A stretch of 64,000 nt of DNA from an uncultured Nitrospiraceae bacterium. GTDB lineage: Bacteria; Nitrospirota; Nitrospiria; Nitrospirales; Nitrospiraceae. The position numbers and the translations under genes were made by a program. The notes below the pieces were generated by a model. The model saw nothing but the letters and a program-made list of their open reading frames with translations. It was not told the origin of the DNA and did not search any database. Positions 1-9,997 of the stretch are shown one piece after another; the first letter of the stretch is position 1, and each line of letters begins with the position of its first letter. The stretch covers positions 32,001-96,000 of the forward strand of contig CAVPLT010000006.1 of assembly GCA_963706325.1 (NCBI GenBank), written 5' to 3'.

Positions 1-1
1 G

Positions 2-496
2 ACTGCTACCCCTGCATCTTCATCCTCCGCGGGCTCGGCTACGCGGGAAGCCGCCGAGTGGTATGAACGGGGGCTCGCGCTCAAGAAAATTGGGTCGTAC
101 AAAGAAGCCCTCGAGCAATTTTCGTTGGCTGCTAAAGATGCAGGTTTCTCGTTCAAAGCCATGGCGCAGATTGGTATCTGTCTAAAATCCGCCGGCCAGT
201 CGGAGCAGGCTGTGACTGCCTTTCGCCACGCTCTTCAGGCTCAATCGGGTGCATCGGTCGACGCCATTCAGGTGCGCTACCTCCTGGGGCGCACGCTTGA
301 ATCCTTGGGACGCCACGATGACACGCTCGAACAATATCGCTGGATCAGGCGTGAGGAACCCAGCTTCAAAGACGTGGCCGAACGTATCGAACGAATGAGC
401 GCTCGCCGTTCCCCGCTGTCACGCGGCGGCGGTGATGGTAGCCACAGCACCTCCTGGATGGCCCAGCTGCAACGCATTCTCGGCGCCTCCAAGTAA
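2..496 (+). CDS. Tetratricopeptide-repeat protein, 5'-truncated by the window edge
   Basis: The frame of ORF 125..496 is open back to base 2 (…EWYERGLALKKIGSYKEALEQF…). TPR-like helical pairs such as YLLGRTLESLGRHDDTLEQY. Confidence 0.75.
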   Translation, partial: TATPASSSSAGSATREAAEWYERGLALKKIGSYKEALEQFSLAAKDAGFSFKAMAQIGICLKSAGQSEQAVTAFRHALQAQSGASVDAIQVRYLLGRTLESLGRHDDTLEQYRWIRREEPSFKDVAERIERMSARRSPLSRGGGDGSHSTSWMAQLQRILGASK

Positions 497-530
497 CAGC
501 TTCAACATCATCCACATCGTCCTAACGTTC

Positions 531-558
531 TCAAGTTCCCCCGGTCAGCAGCCGATAC
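531..558 (+). promoter_or_regulatory. Possible sigma-28 (FliA)-type promoter
   Basis: TCAAG-N15-GCCGATAC, ending 20 bp upstream of the ATG at 579. Resembles TAAAG/TCAAG…GCCGATAA. Confidence 0.4.
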
Positions 559-578
559 TGATGTAGGGGAATGTCTTT

Positions 579-1307
579 ATGAGCCTGGAAATTGTTCAAA
601 TCCTTGAGGATGACCAGAGCCATGCCAAACACTTGGATCAGATTCTTCGGGGAGCGTCTTTCCGCACCAATGTTGCCTTCGACGGACCATCCGGCATGCA
701 GGATGTCTGGCGCATCAAACCATCCCTAGTCATGGCCGATGACAACCTTCCCGGCATTACCGGGCGAGAAATCTGCAAGCGCTTACGGCAGGATCCCTCT
801 ACCAGACATATTCCAATCATCGTCATGTCGGGTTATGCGTCCGATGAACGCCGTGCTGAAGCACTGGATGGCGGCGCCGACGATTTCATCATTAAACCTT
901 ATGGAGCTATTGAGCTCGTAGCGAGAGTGCGGGCCCTTCTTCGCCGATGTCGACAAGATCAGGCACAGCAGGAGGAGGAGTTAGGAGAGGATCTCGTTTT
1001 TGCCGACAATGTCTATATGGCCGTGTACCGGGGACGAAAGCTGGCGCTGTCTGGTAAGGAATGGAAAGCCTTGCGACGGCTCGCCCTCACCGTCGGCAAT
1101 GTCGTACCTCGCGAAGAGCTGAAGGCGCTACTCTGGGGCGACGATGAACTGTTGCATGACGGCGAGCTCGATCATTGTATTGAAGAGCTCAATCAGAAAC
1201 TGGCGGGAGAGGGGAATGCAGTGGGACACATCGTCATGGTCCCAGGTGGCGGCTACCGAATGACGGCGAACAATTCAGAGATTGCGGATATCCTTCCGAC
1301 CTCATAG
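579..1307 (+). CDS. OmpR/PhoB-family response regulator (RR1)
   Basis: Receiver motifs ILEDD, MADDNLPG, VMSG and DDFIIKPY. C-terminal winged helix ending GGGYR. Confidence 0.9.
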   Translation: MSLEIVQILEDDQSHAKHLDQILRGASFRTNVAFDGPSGMQDVWRIKPSLVMADDNLPGITGREICKRLRQDPSTRHIPIIVMSGYASDERRAEALDGGADDFIIKPYGAIELVARVRALLRRCRQDQAQQEEELGEDLVFADNVYMAVYRGRKLALSGKEWKALRRLALTVGNVVPREELKALLWGDDELLHDGELDHCIEELNQKLAGEGNAVGHIVMVPGGGYRMTANNSEIADILPTS

Positions 1308-1310
1308 TGC

Positions 1311-2138
1311 TCATTTCTGATCCATTCCAATCCAGACGTCGCCGGATGCCAGCGCATCAACGATCCATGTCAGTTCCATAGGCACCGCGCGAGCTCGTGT
1401 GCGAGACCGCTTCCAATCCTGCTGAATACGCGATTGCACCTTCAGGTCCAGCGCCTTTCCCCATCGCCTGAAATCAGCCATTTCCTGGTAGCGTCCTAGT
1501 TCCGCCTGGACCTTTTTGATCCGCTCAACCAGTCGCTTCTTCGCTCCTTGACGCCCAGGCAACCATTCCGTCTGGTATCGAATGGTTTTCAACGCCAGGC
1601 GTAACACATGGAGCCGTTTACGGCGAGGTTTCTCCGAGGCTGCTGAAATCAGCCCTGCCAGTTTTTTTTCATGCATATGACGCAGAACCTCAAGCCGTGT
1701 GCTCGAGAGATGCTTGAGGCGCATGTGAGTCGGCATAGCATGTTGGCGCGCGGCCTGTTCGATCCTGTGATAGACCTGCGTATTCCGTAGTTTCTCATCT
1801 CGTGCGACGATCCATCCTTCGACTGTAGCTACGTTCGCTTGGGACGCTTCGATGTTGGCTAAATACTGTTGAAAGACCTGCAGGGCCCTCAGCTTGCTCA
1901 ACCGTCCCACGCTTTCTGCCATGACGACGGCTTGCGCCTCATTATCACAAAGCTCCAGCAATGCTTGAAGTCTCCTGCAACGCGTGCGAATGGCGTGCAC
2001 GGTGTCAGCAGAACATTGGCCATCGATCATGCGACGCGTTAATTTGAGCACCGTCGCTCGGTATGCGGCGACCATCCTGATCAGATCTTGCGAAGCATGG
2101 CCCGATCCCGTGTGAATATTTTTGAATGAACCGTTCAT
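1311..2138 (-). CDS. CHAD domain protein (polyphosphate binding)
   Basis: Two HxxRxxxK/RxxR motifs (VHAIRTRCRRL, LHVLRLALKTIRY), LG..Q/D motif, very basic, and next to sixA/ppx. Confidence 0.85.
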   Translation of the reverse strand: MNGSFKNIHTGSGHASQDLIRMVAAYRATVLKLTRRMIDGQCSADTVHAIRTRCRRLQALLELCDNEAQAVVMAESVGRLSKLRALQVFQQYLANIEASQANVATVEGWIVARDEKLRNTQVYHRIEQAARQHAMPTHMRLKHLSSTRLEVLRHMHEKKLAGLISAASEKPRRKRLHVLRLALKTIRYQTEWLPGRQGAKKRLVERIKKVQAELGRYQEMADFRRWGKALDLKVQSRIQQDWKRSRTRARAVPMELTWIVDALASGDVWIGMDQK

Positions 2139-2230
2139 ATATTCATTCTACAGTTCGCTTTAACATTACGATTGCAGAGCGAGAGTCATATTTCAAGTGA
2201 TGGTTGATTGTCAGGGAGCTTGTTTGCCTC

Positions 2231-2260
2231 TTGACGGAGGTTGTACGACACCAGTACTGT
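2231..2260 (+). promoter_or_regulatory. Sigma-70-like promoter of sixA
   Basis: TTGACG-N18-TACTGT, ending 5 bp before the ATG. Confidence 0.45.
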
Positions 2261-2265
2261 GACCA

Positions 2266-2763
2266 ATGGATATCATTCTATTCCGACACGGCATTGCGGT
2301 CGAACGTCAGGATTGGACGGGGAATGAACAGGATCGCTCCCTCACCGGTATGGGAATCAGACGCACCCGCCGTTCCGCCAGGGGATTGCTCTCACTCCGA
2401 ATCACCCCCACACATCTCCTCTCCAGTCCCTTGGTTCGCGCGCGGGAAACCGCCGAGATCTTGCAACACCTGGTTCGACCTAAAGTTACCGTTCAAATCT
2501 GCGAGGCACTGGTTCCTGAGGCCTCGCCGAATGCACTCTTCACCCTGCTCGACACCATGCCTTCTGACTCCGTCGTACTGTGTGTCGGCCATGAACCGAA
2601 CCTGAGTGTGGTGGCGGCCACTCTCTTCACGGGAAACTCTTGCGCTGGAATCTTATTGAAGAAAGCGGGAGCCTGCCTCATTCAGATCGAGAAGTCAGTG
2701 GGTGCAGCGAAAGGCCATCTTGAATGGTGGCTCACACCGAAGCAATTGCGCGCGCTCGGGTGA
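2266..2763 (+). CDS. sixA: Phosphohistidine phosphatase SixA
   Basis: RHG motif (LFRHGIA), SSPLVRARET, VGHEP. Confidence 0.9.
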   Translation: MDIILFRHGIAVERQDWTGNEQDRSLTGMGIRRTRRSARGLLSLRITPTHLLSSPLVRARETAEILQHLVRPKVTVQICEALVPEASPNALFTLLDTMPSDSVVLCVGHEPNLSVVAATLFTGNSCAGILLKKAGACLIQIEKSVGAAKGHLEWWLTPKQLRALG

Positions 2764-2987
2764 TCGCTCCTGGCGGTGATAATATCTGCCTATCGCGCTA
2801 CGGGTACTCCTTCAGCCATTGGCGGTTCCGAATGCTGCAGGTCCGCACGCACGTGACGCGTGAGCCGTGCCCGGTGGGCCGTCTTCGGGTTAGCTACGCA
2901 GACCGTCAAGGATCGCGAAAACATATGCGGTACCAGGCCATGTCGCGGGTTGAGGGCACCGTTATCTTGCAGCGGGGACCGCTAGAG

Positions 2988-4541
2988 TTACATGGCCTCA
3001 GGATCTTGAGACGCCACCATGAATTGAACCGGTCGCTTGAAAACCGATTCGAACAGATCGCTACGGCCGCGGGCGGCCCAAATCTCCAATTCGGCATCGC
3101 CCGATACCTGCAGAGTCACGATCACGGTTTGCCCAAGCGTGACATTGACGTCCTGCACCACGGAAAACTGGCTGCGGTCCAAGCCATCGGCGATGCGAAG
3201 CAGGGCAGACAACGCTCTGACCATACGTTGTGTGCCTGCCGGGAGCGCAATGAACTCGTCATGCTTTCGGTGAGGCACGGCCCGACGATGATAGCGGGCA
3301 ATGTTCGCGACGAGATCGATCTCATCAGCGGTGAATCCCGACAGATCGCTATTCTTGATCAGGTAATAGGCATGTTTGTGATGCTGCCGCGAATTGATAT
3401 GGTACCCGATATCGTGCAAGATCGCCGCGAACTCCAACCACTGGCGCTCTCGCTGCCCAAATCCATGCAACGGTTTTGTTTGATCAAACAGGCGTAGCGC
3501 AAGTCCCGCCACATGCAGAGCGTGCGTCTCAGACACATGGCAGCGTCGGGCGAGGGCTATGATGTTTCGCTTGCGGACATCCGGAATGTCCCGTTCCGCC
3601 TGAATTCCCTCGTGATGTCGCTGGATAAAGTCGTAGATGATGCCTTCCCGAATGGCTTTGTCGCAGATGGTGAGCGCGTCCTTGCGGAGCAGTCTAAGAA
3701 GAATCCTCAGCACCGTGGAGGCAGGCAATAGTGTGTCCACACGCTTGGGATCGAGGCCTGGGATGGCTAACCTGGTTTTCAGCGTGGCGACCGACAAGCG
3801 CTTCTCGACGGACGCGATGTCTTTCCCAGAAACTTTCGCCAGGTTCAGTTGTGGAAGCGGACGCCCCGTCCGTTGAAGATGGATCACTTCGGCCAAATTG
3901 GCGGCCATCCCGGAAGTGGCGATCACCTGCTCAACCCGCTTGGTCTTGTAGGGACCGAGCGCGCTCTTGAGCTGGTTGGTCACGGCTTCTTCCAGCTCAT
4001 GCAGCATCGCTTTGGAGGGAGGAGTTTTCGTCAGGTACAAGTCTTTGAGTCGGATGGCTCCCAGCTTGAGGCTACGGGCATGAAAGACCGTCTCCCGATT
4101 GCCGACAATCACCTCCACCGATCCGCCGCCGATATCAATCACGAGCGTGGGCAGATCGGGGAGGGCCACGCTGTTCTGCACGCCGAGAAAAATCAACCGC
4201 GCCTCCTCCGCGCCGGTAATGACCCGCACCGTCAGTCCAGTTTGTTGCGCCACATGATCCAGGAATTCACCGCCGTTGCGCGCCTCGCGCACCGCACTGG
4301 TGGCCACGGCTTCGATTCGTTCGTAGCCTTTGTTCCTGGCGAGGGTGACCAGATTACGAATCACCTCCAGGCCGCGCATCATGGCCTGGTCGGAGAGGCG
4401 ACGGGATGTGAAGACGCCGTCGCCCAACCGCGTCATGTCTTTGAATCGATCAAGTATCTTATAGGAATAGTCCGCCTGGACTTCCGCTAAGACCATATGG
4501 ATGGAGTTCGTACCGATGTCGAGGACGGCAAGTGTTGGCAT
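2988..4541 (-). CDS. ppx: Exopolyphosphatase Ppx/GppA family with HD domain
   Basis: DIGTNS, ATSAVREA, DIGGGSVE, REG and LHDIG motifs. Confidence 0.93.
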   Translation of the reverse strand: MPTLAVLDIGTNSIHMVLAEVQADYSYKILDRFKDMTRLGDGVFTSRRLSDQAMMRGLEVIRNLVTLARNKGYERIEAVATSAVREARNGGEFLDHVAQQTGLTVRVITGAEEARLIFLGVQNSVALPDLPTLVIDIGGGSVEVIVGNRETVFHARSLKLGAIRLKDLYLTKTPPSKAMLHELEEAVTNQLKSALGPYKTKRVEQVIATSGMAANLAEVIHLQRTGRPLPQLNLAKVSGKDIASVEKRLSVATLKTRLAIPGLDPKRVDTLLPASTVLRILLRLLRKDALTICDKAIREGIIYDFIQRHHEGIQAERDIPDVRKRNIIALARRCHVSETHALHVAGLALRLFDQTKPLHGFGQRERQWLEFAAILHDIGYHINSRQHHKHAYYLIKNSDLSGFTADEIDLVANIARYHRRAVPHRKHDEFIALPAGTQRMVRALSALLRIADGLDRSQFSVVQDVNVTLGQTVIVTLQVSGDAELEIWAARGRSDLFESVFKRPVQFMVASQDPEAM

Positions 4542-4547
4542 GAGCCT

Positions 4548-5216
4548 CTAGCGATTGGCGGAGGGAGCGATGTGCCGAATGTTCTTACCTTCGACCATAT
4601 ACACGACCAGTTCCCCGATGTTCGTGGCGTGGTCGGCAATGCGTTCGAGCGCCTTGGCGACGAACGTCAACCTGATCGCGCGGGTGATCGTACGGGTGTC
4701 CTCCAGCATAAAGGAGAGGAGTTCCCGAAACAACTGTTCGTTCACGTCGTCCACGAAATCATCGTCGGTGCAGACCTTCCGCGCCAGCATCGGATCCGAA
4801 TTGACGAAGGCATCCAGACATTCTTTCACCATGCGCATCGTCCAATGGGCCATGCGCGGGATGTCGATATAGGGCTTGAGTTGTGGCTCAACGTTCAGCT
4901 CCAACGCCCGCTGGGCAATGTTTTCCGCCAGATCACCCATCCGTTCCAGTTCCGACGAAATCTTCATCCCTGTGGTGATAAAGCGTAGATCGCGCGCGGT
5001 AGGCTGCTGGAGTGCCAGTAACTGAATGCAGAGGTCGTCGATCTCCACATCAAGGGCATTGACGTCGTGATCCTGTTCGACGACGCTGACTGCTAGATCG
5101 GAGTCCCGATCCACCAATGCTTTCAGGGCTTGCTCAATCTGAGACTCGACGAGCGAGCCCATCGCGAGCAATTGCCGCTTCAGATGGGCGAGATCTTGAT
5201 CGAAATGTCGTTGCAT
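4548..5216 (-). CDS. phoU: Phosphate transport regulator PhoU
   Basis: QPTARDLR, ELERMGD and LERIADHATNI motifs. Start moved to MQRHF, which has a GAAGGAG RBS. Confidence 0.95.
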   Translation of the reverse strand: MQRHFDQDLAHLKRQLLAMGSLVESQIEQALKALVDRDSDLAVSVVEQDHDVNALDVEIDDLCIQLLALQQPTARDLRFITTGMKISSELERMGDLAENIAQRALELNVEPQLKPYIDIPRMAHWTMRMVKECLDAFVNSDPMLARKVCTDDDFVDDVNEQLFRELLSFMLEDTRTITRAIRLTFVAKALERIADHATNIGELVVYMVEGKNIRHIAPSANR

Positions 5217-5235
5217 GGTGCGGCTCCTTCTGAAT

Positions 5236-6108
5236 TTATCCGAACCGGCCCGTAATGTAATCTTCAGTCCGTTTGTCGCGCGGCGTCGTGAAAATAGTTT
5301 TGGTATCGCCGAATTCAACCAGCTCGCCCATCAAGAAAAACCCGCATTGGCTTGATACTCGGGCAGCCTGCTGCATGTTATGGGTGACGATGACCACGGT
5401 GTAGGTGTCCTTCAATGTATAAATAAGCTCCTCGATCTTCCCTGTGGCAATGGGATCGAGCGCTGAGCAGGGTTCGTCCATCAAGATCACTTCCGGCTGC
5501 ACGGCCAAAGCCCGCGCAATGCAGAGCCGTTGCTGCTGTCCTCCTGACAAACCAAGGGCGCTCTGCGTCAGGCGATCCTTCACCTCCTCCCACAGTCCCG
5601 CGCCGTGCAAACTTTGTTGTACCAGTTCGTCTAGCCGTCGTTTGTCCTTCGTCCCATGGAGACGAGGCCCGTACGCCACATTGTCGTAAATGGATTTTGG
5701 GAAGGGATTCGATTTCTGGAAGACCATGCCCACGCGTTTCCTGAGATCGGTCACATCGATTTCGTGGTCGTAAATGTCAGCTCCGTCCAGCTCCACCCGA
5801 CCAACCGCCCGCGCCCCTTCCACTAGATCATTCATACGGTTCAGGCAACGCAACAAGGTGGATTTACCGCAACCGGAGGGCCCGATGAAGGAGGTCACCG
5901 AATGCGATCGCACCGTCAGGACCACATGAAAGAGGGCCTGCCGGTCGCCATAATAAAAGTCCAAATTCCGCACCTGAATTTTGGAGTCCACCGATGGGGC
6001 CGGCTGCGCCTGGTTGCCGGTCAGCCGAGACTGTGGAAAGCTCGGAACGATGGGACGAGTCGGGATGATTGGTGGAGTGGACGATAGACTCATAGAATGG
6101 ACTTCCAT
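5236..6108 (-). CDS. pstB: Phosphate ABC transporter ATPase
   Basis: [32 protein letters not shown]-terminal YITGRFG. Confidence 0.97.
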   Translation of the reverse strand: MEVHSMSLSSTPPIIPTRPIVPSFPQSRLTGNQAQPAPSVDSKIQVRNLDFYYGDRQALFHVVLTVRSHSVTSFIGPSGCGKSTLLRCLNRMNDLVEGARAVGRVELDGADIYDHEIDVTDLRKRVGMVFQKSNPFPKSIYDNVAYGPRLHGTKDKRRLDELVQQSLHGAGLWEEVKDRLTQSALGLSGGQQQRLCIARALAVQPEVILMDEPCSALDPIATGKIEELIYTLKDTYTVVIVTHNMQQAARVSSQCGFFLMGELVEFGDTKTIFTTPRDKRTEDYITGRFG

Positions 6109-6126
6109 GCAAACTCCTCTCAGTGA

Positions 6127-7776
6127 TTACACCGCGGACATCGCAAAACGTTTGCGAAGGCGGTTACGCAACATCACGGCCATCCAATTCAGCAGGACGA
6201 CCACGAGGATCAGAATCAGGGTGGTCATGTACACCATCGGTTTGGCGGCTTCGACGTTCGGCGATTGAAATCCTACGTCATAGATATGAAATCCCAAATG
6301 CATAAACTTTCTGTCGAGGTGCAGAAAAGGCAGGTAGCTGTCCAAGGGGAGCGCGGGCGCTAATTTCACCACGCCGGTCAGCATCAGCGGCGCGACTTCT
6401 CCGGCCGCGCGGGCCATGGCCAGAATCAATCCTGTTAAAATTCCCGGCAGCGCGCAGGGCAGAATCACATGCCAGATCGTTTCGAACTTGGTGGCGCCTA
6501 ATCCAACCGACCCTTCCCGGAAATCTCGCGGGACGGCGGATAGGCCCTCTTCGGTCGCCACGATCACTACCGGCACGGTCAGGAGCGCCAGGGTCAGCGA
6601 TGCCCAGAGAATCCCACCGGTGCCGAACGTAGGATTCGGCAACGATTCCGGAAAGAGCAGTTGGTCGATCGTTCCGCCCAATGCATAGACGAAAAAGGCC
6701 AACCCGAATACACCGAACACGATGGAGGGGACGCCGGCGAGATTATTCACCGCAATTCGGACCAGTCGTACGAGCACCCCTTGCTTGGCATATTCGCGCA
6801 AATAGATCGCGGCCATGACCCCGAACGGCATCACGGCGATCGTCATCAAGAACACCATGAGGACCGTGCCGAAAATCGCCGGAAAGATCCCGCCTTCCGT
6901 ATTCGCTTCACGCGGCTCGCTGGACACAAATAGCCACAGGTTGTGAAGGTAGGCGACCGACTTGTCGATCCAATTCATGTCGTTCGGCCGGCTGACCGCG
7001 ATGACCTGGGCGAGCGTGAGACGTAAGGACTGCCCGTTGGAAAGGGTCAGGAGGAGTGACTTTTTCTCAGCCTCCTTGTGCAGCTGCTCCAACTCCACCG
7101 TTTTAGCTTGGTAATCCTGTTCGAGTGCCGCGATCTGATCTGTCAGACTGCGGTCCACCTCGGTTTCGCGCGAACTGAGCTGTCCGTCGAGCATAAGGCC
7201 CTGACGCTCGAGCCTGGCTTTTTCGATGCGATAGTTGATCGCGCCGATCTCGTCACGCTCAAGATGTTCGGTACGCCGACGCAGCGTGGTGGATTCCTTC
7301 ACCAGCGCGCCGATGGTCGACCAGGTGTCGTCGTCCGAAGTTTCCGTCGTTCCATCCACGGCTACGATGCCGAGGCGACCGAACGCGGGGCCCCACTCGC
7401 GGCGCTCCACGAACGTCAGGTCTTTCGGGCTACTGGTGGAGACGATATCGTCTCCGTTGATCCAACGATACTCAGAGCCCAACACATCACGATTGCCGAC
7501 ACGATAGCGAAATCGTTCCAATCCCTGGGGGTTCTCCGGCGTCGCCGAATGGGGAATGACTTCCTGTCCCACCACCCGGCCGATGACGCTCTCGTTCGTC
7601 TTCAACAGGAGCTGATGCAGGGGGGCGGGCCAGAATTGCCCCAGCCCGTTGACCATAATCAAGCCGAGCATGGCGCCCACCATCAAGAGACTGATCGCCA
7701 CACCGGAGGCCGTCATCCACACGAAGAGTTCGCCACCCCGCCAAAAGCTTTTTATCGAGTCAGCGCGTTTACCCAT
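6127..7776 (-). CDS. pstA: Phosphate ABC transporter permease PstA (long form with periplasmic insertion)
   Basis: PREANTEGGIFPAIFGT, LAGVPSIVFG and ARAAGEVAP motifs. Start MGKRAD overlaps the pstC stop. Confidence 0.92.
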   Translation of the reverse strand: MGKRADSIKSFWRGGELFVWMTASGVAISLLMVGAMLGLIMVNGLGQFWPAPLHQLLLKTNESVIGRVVGQEVIPHSATPENPQGLERFRYRVGNRDVLGSEYRWINGDDIVSTSSPKDLTFVERREWGPAFGRLGIVAVDGTTETSDDDTWSTIGALVKESTTLRRRTEHLERDEIGAINYRIEKARLERQGLMLDGQLSSRETEVDRSLTDQIAALEQDYQAKTVELEQLHKEAEKKSLLLTLSNGQSLRLTLAQVIAVSRPNDMNWIDKSVAYLHNLWLFVSSEPREANTEGGIFPAIFGTVLMVFLMTIAVMPFGVMAAIYLREYAKQGVLVRLVRIAVNNLAGVPSIVFGVFGLAFFVYALGGTIDQLLFPESLPNPTFGTGGILWASLTLALLTVPVVIVATEEGLSAVPRDFREGSVGLGATKFETIWHVILPCALPGILTGLILAMARAAGEVAPLMLTGVVKLAPALPLDSYLPFLHLDRKFMHLGFHIYDVGFQSPNVEAAKPMVYMTTLILILVVVLLNWMAVMLRNRLRKRFAMSAV

Positions 7777-9976
7777 GGCTGTACTTGTCCCGCAGCCGCT
7801 GGCGAACGATTTCAGCCAATGTGTTGATGCCAAAGGTAACAATGAATAGGAGGACGGCCGCCAGGAACAACACCCGATACAGACTGCCCCCGTGAGGGGC
7901 TTCGGGTATTTCCACCGCGATATTGGCCGACAGGGTCCGGAATCCGCTCGCCCAGTTCCAATCCAAAATCGGGGTATTACCGGTCGCCATGAGGACAATC
8001 ATGGTCTCGCCGATCGCGCGACCGAACCCGATCATCACCGCGGAAAAGATTCCGGGGCTGGCCGAGAGCAAAACCAAATAAAGAACGGTCTGCCAGCGAG
8101 TCGCGCCCAACGCGAGGGAGCCGGCAATTTGAGTCTTGGGCACATTCGCGAGCGCTTCTTCTGCGATGCTATAGATGACGGGCACGATCGCGAACCCCAT
8201 GACGATGCCCACCACCAGAGCGTTGCGCTGGTCGTACTGAATCCCAAGCCGGTTCGAGAGCCACGCCTTGATATCGCCGCCGAACCACCAGGTCTCGATT
8301 GACGAATTGGCCCAGAGACAGGTTCCAATCCCAAGCGCCAGGATGGGAATCAAGAGGAGCGCCTCCTGTCCAGGGCGTAGGCGTCGCCTGAGGGCGGGGG
8401 GAACGAGATACCACAGAAGAGAGCTCGCGATGACGAGCAGCGGCAATGCCACGGCCATTCCAGCGACGGCCGGGAGCAACCGCTCCAGCAGGGGTGCCAG
8501 CCACAGTCCGGCAAGAAAGCCCAATACGACCGTCGGCAAGGCGGCCATCACCTCAATGACCGGCTTGATCTTCGCGCGAAGATCCGGATGCATGAATTGC
8601 GCCGTGCACATCGCCGCCAGAATGGCGATCGGCACGGCCAGGAACAACGCGTACACGGTGCCTTTGAGCGTCCCGAAGGCAAGCGGCATCAAACCGAGTT
8701 TGGGTTCAAAATCATCCGACCCGGAAGACGATTGCCACACGTAGGCGGGCTGGTCGTACCCTTCATACCAGACCTTGCCGAACAGGGTCTCAAAAGTTAC
8801 TTCAGGGTAGGCATTGTTCAATTGATAGAGCGACAACTGGCCAGCCTGATCGAAGGCCATCAACCCGTCGCCTTTCGGCGCGAAGGTCACGGCGCGAATC
8901 GGAGACTCACCGTTCGACAACTTGAGCCAGGTTTGGTCGGCCGTTGCATGGTGGAGAAACATGTGGCCCTTCGCATCCGCCGTAACAAACCCCTTCACCC
9001 GCTGGGAGGGAGCAAAGGCCGTCACCGGCGCGGCGTGAGACCGGAACGTATGCATTTTGGTGAGACGCCAACGAGACTGATCCTCTGCGTGCCGTATAAG
9101 CCCCCAAGTCGAGACCTCGCCCTCCGCCGTCATGACAACCAGGCTGCGATCACCGCTCAAGAAGCCGAGCCCCGTCACCGCCGTGTTCGGTGTGGTCACC
9201 GCATAGCCGCCTTTCACGGCGGGCGGCTCCCTGTCGGAATCTACGGCGATATGCAGCACGATCCCTTCCCCCGTGCCGATGTACAAATTTTCGAACGAGC
9301 CGTCGAGCGCCAGGGACGTCACGGCACCTGTGGGCTTAGGAAGCTCTGTGATGACTGGATCGTGATCCGCGGCGTCCTCCGCCGGTATTCGCACCAGGAT
9401 CAGCCGACCTGCTTGGGAGAGAATGGCCAACAGGCTTCCACGGTCGTTGAACCGGTACGCCAGCGTCTTGATGGGACCTATCGTAAGCGGGAGTAGTCGA
9501 CCGGCTCGGACCATCGGACGTTTTTGTCGCTCGCCGGAACTGGAAAATTCCGTGCTCGTGCCGATCTTCAGCAACAGCACTTCGCCCTCGGCCGTGCCGA
9601 CCGCGTAACGGGGAGCACTGCCTCCTCCTTGGGCCATTGCCGTGAAATGCCTACTCTTGAGGTCGGCCGGCAGCTCCATCGGAATCGGCTGGCCGGAAGC
9701 CAGGTCGATGAACTGCACACCGCTCGATGTGAGTATCTGCGCGATCTCACGATGTTCATCTACCGCCAGTTGAACCGGCCCCTCCGCCGTGAGTAAGGAA
9801 GGCACGATCATGCGCTGGGTCAATTTAGCGGTAGGGGCCGTAAACAGCGGCGTGACTTCTCGAAAGAGGAAAAAGAAAATGCCGAGAATGCTGAGGATCG
9901 TCGCCAAGCCGCCGACGGTGATCACGACGCGTGCCAGGCGATCGATCAGCGGACGCATGTGAAGCGGTGTGAACAT
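7769..9976 (-). CDS. pstC: Phosphate ABC transporter permease PstC (long form with beta-propeller-like periplasmic domain)
   Basis: KVWYEGY, WQSSSGSDDFEPK, GRAIGETMIV. WD40-like repeats in the N-terminal half. Confidence 0.92.
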   Translation of the reverse strand: MFTPLHMRPLIDRLARVVITVGGLATILSILGIFFFLFREVTPLFTAPTAKLTQRMIVPSLLTAEGPVQLAVDEHREIAQILTSSGVQFIDLASGQPIPMELPADLKSRHFTAMAQGGGSAPRYAVGTAEGEVLLLKIGTSTEFSSSGERQKRPMVRAGRLLPLTIGPIKTLAYRFNDRGSLLAILSQAGRLILVRIPAEDAADHDPVITELPKPTGAVTSLALDGSFENLYIGTGEGIVLHIAVDSDREPPAVKGGYAVTTPNTAVTGLGFLSGDRSLVVMTAEGEVSTWGLIRHAEDQSRWRLTKMHTFRSHAAPVTAFAPSQRVKGFVTADAKGHMFLHHATADQTWLKLSNGESPIRAVTFAPKGDGLMAFDQAGQLSLYQLNNAYPEVTFETLFGKVWYEGYDQPAYVWQSSSGSDDFEPKLGLMPLAFGTLKGTVYALFLAVPIAILAAMCTAQFMHPDLRAKIKPVIEVMAALPTVVLGFLAGLWLAPLLERLLPAVAGMAVALPLLVIASSLLWYLVPPALRRRLRPGQEALLLIPILALGIGTCLWANSSIETWWFGGDIKAWLSNRLGIQYDQRNALVVGIVMGFAIVPVIYSIAEEALANVPKTQIAGSLALGATRWQTVLYLVLLSASPGIFSAVMIGFGRAIGETMIVLMATGNTPILDWNWASGFRTLSANIAVEIPEAPHGGSLYRVLFLAAVLLFIVTFGINTLAEIVRQRLRDKYSHG

Positions 9977-9997
9977 TCGTCGGTCTCGTGCTGATCG

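Noticed and set aside
2145..2176. Possible Pho box in front of CHAD/sixA (TTAACA at 2160)
   Set aside because: It does not fit the four-repeat period or the spacing to -10 seen at the other sites.
2724..3497. 257-aa + strand ORF and the many other long antisense ORFs (e.g. 24462-25625, 51075-51995, 62627-63418)
   Set aside because: Shadow frames opposite well-supported genes in GC-rich DNA, with no recognisable motifs.
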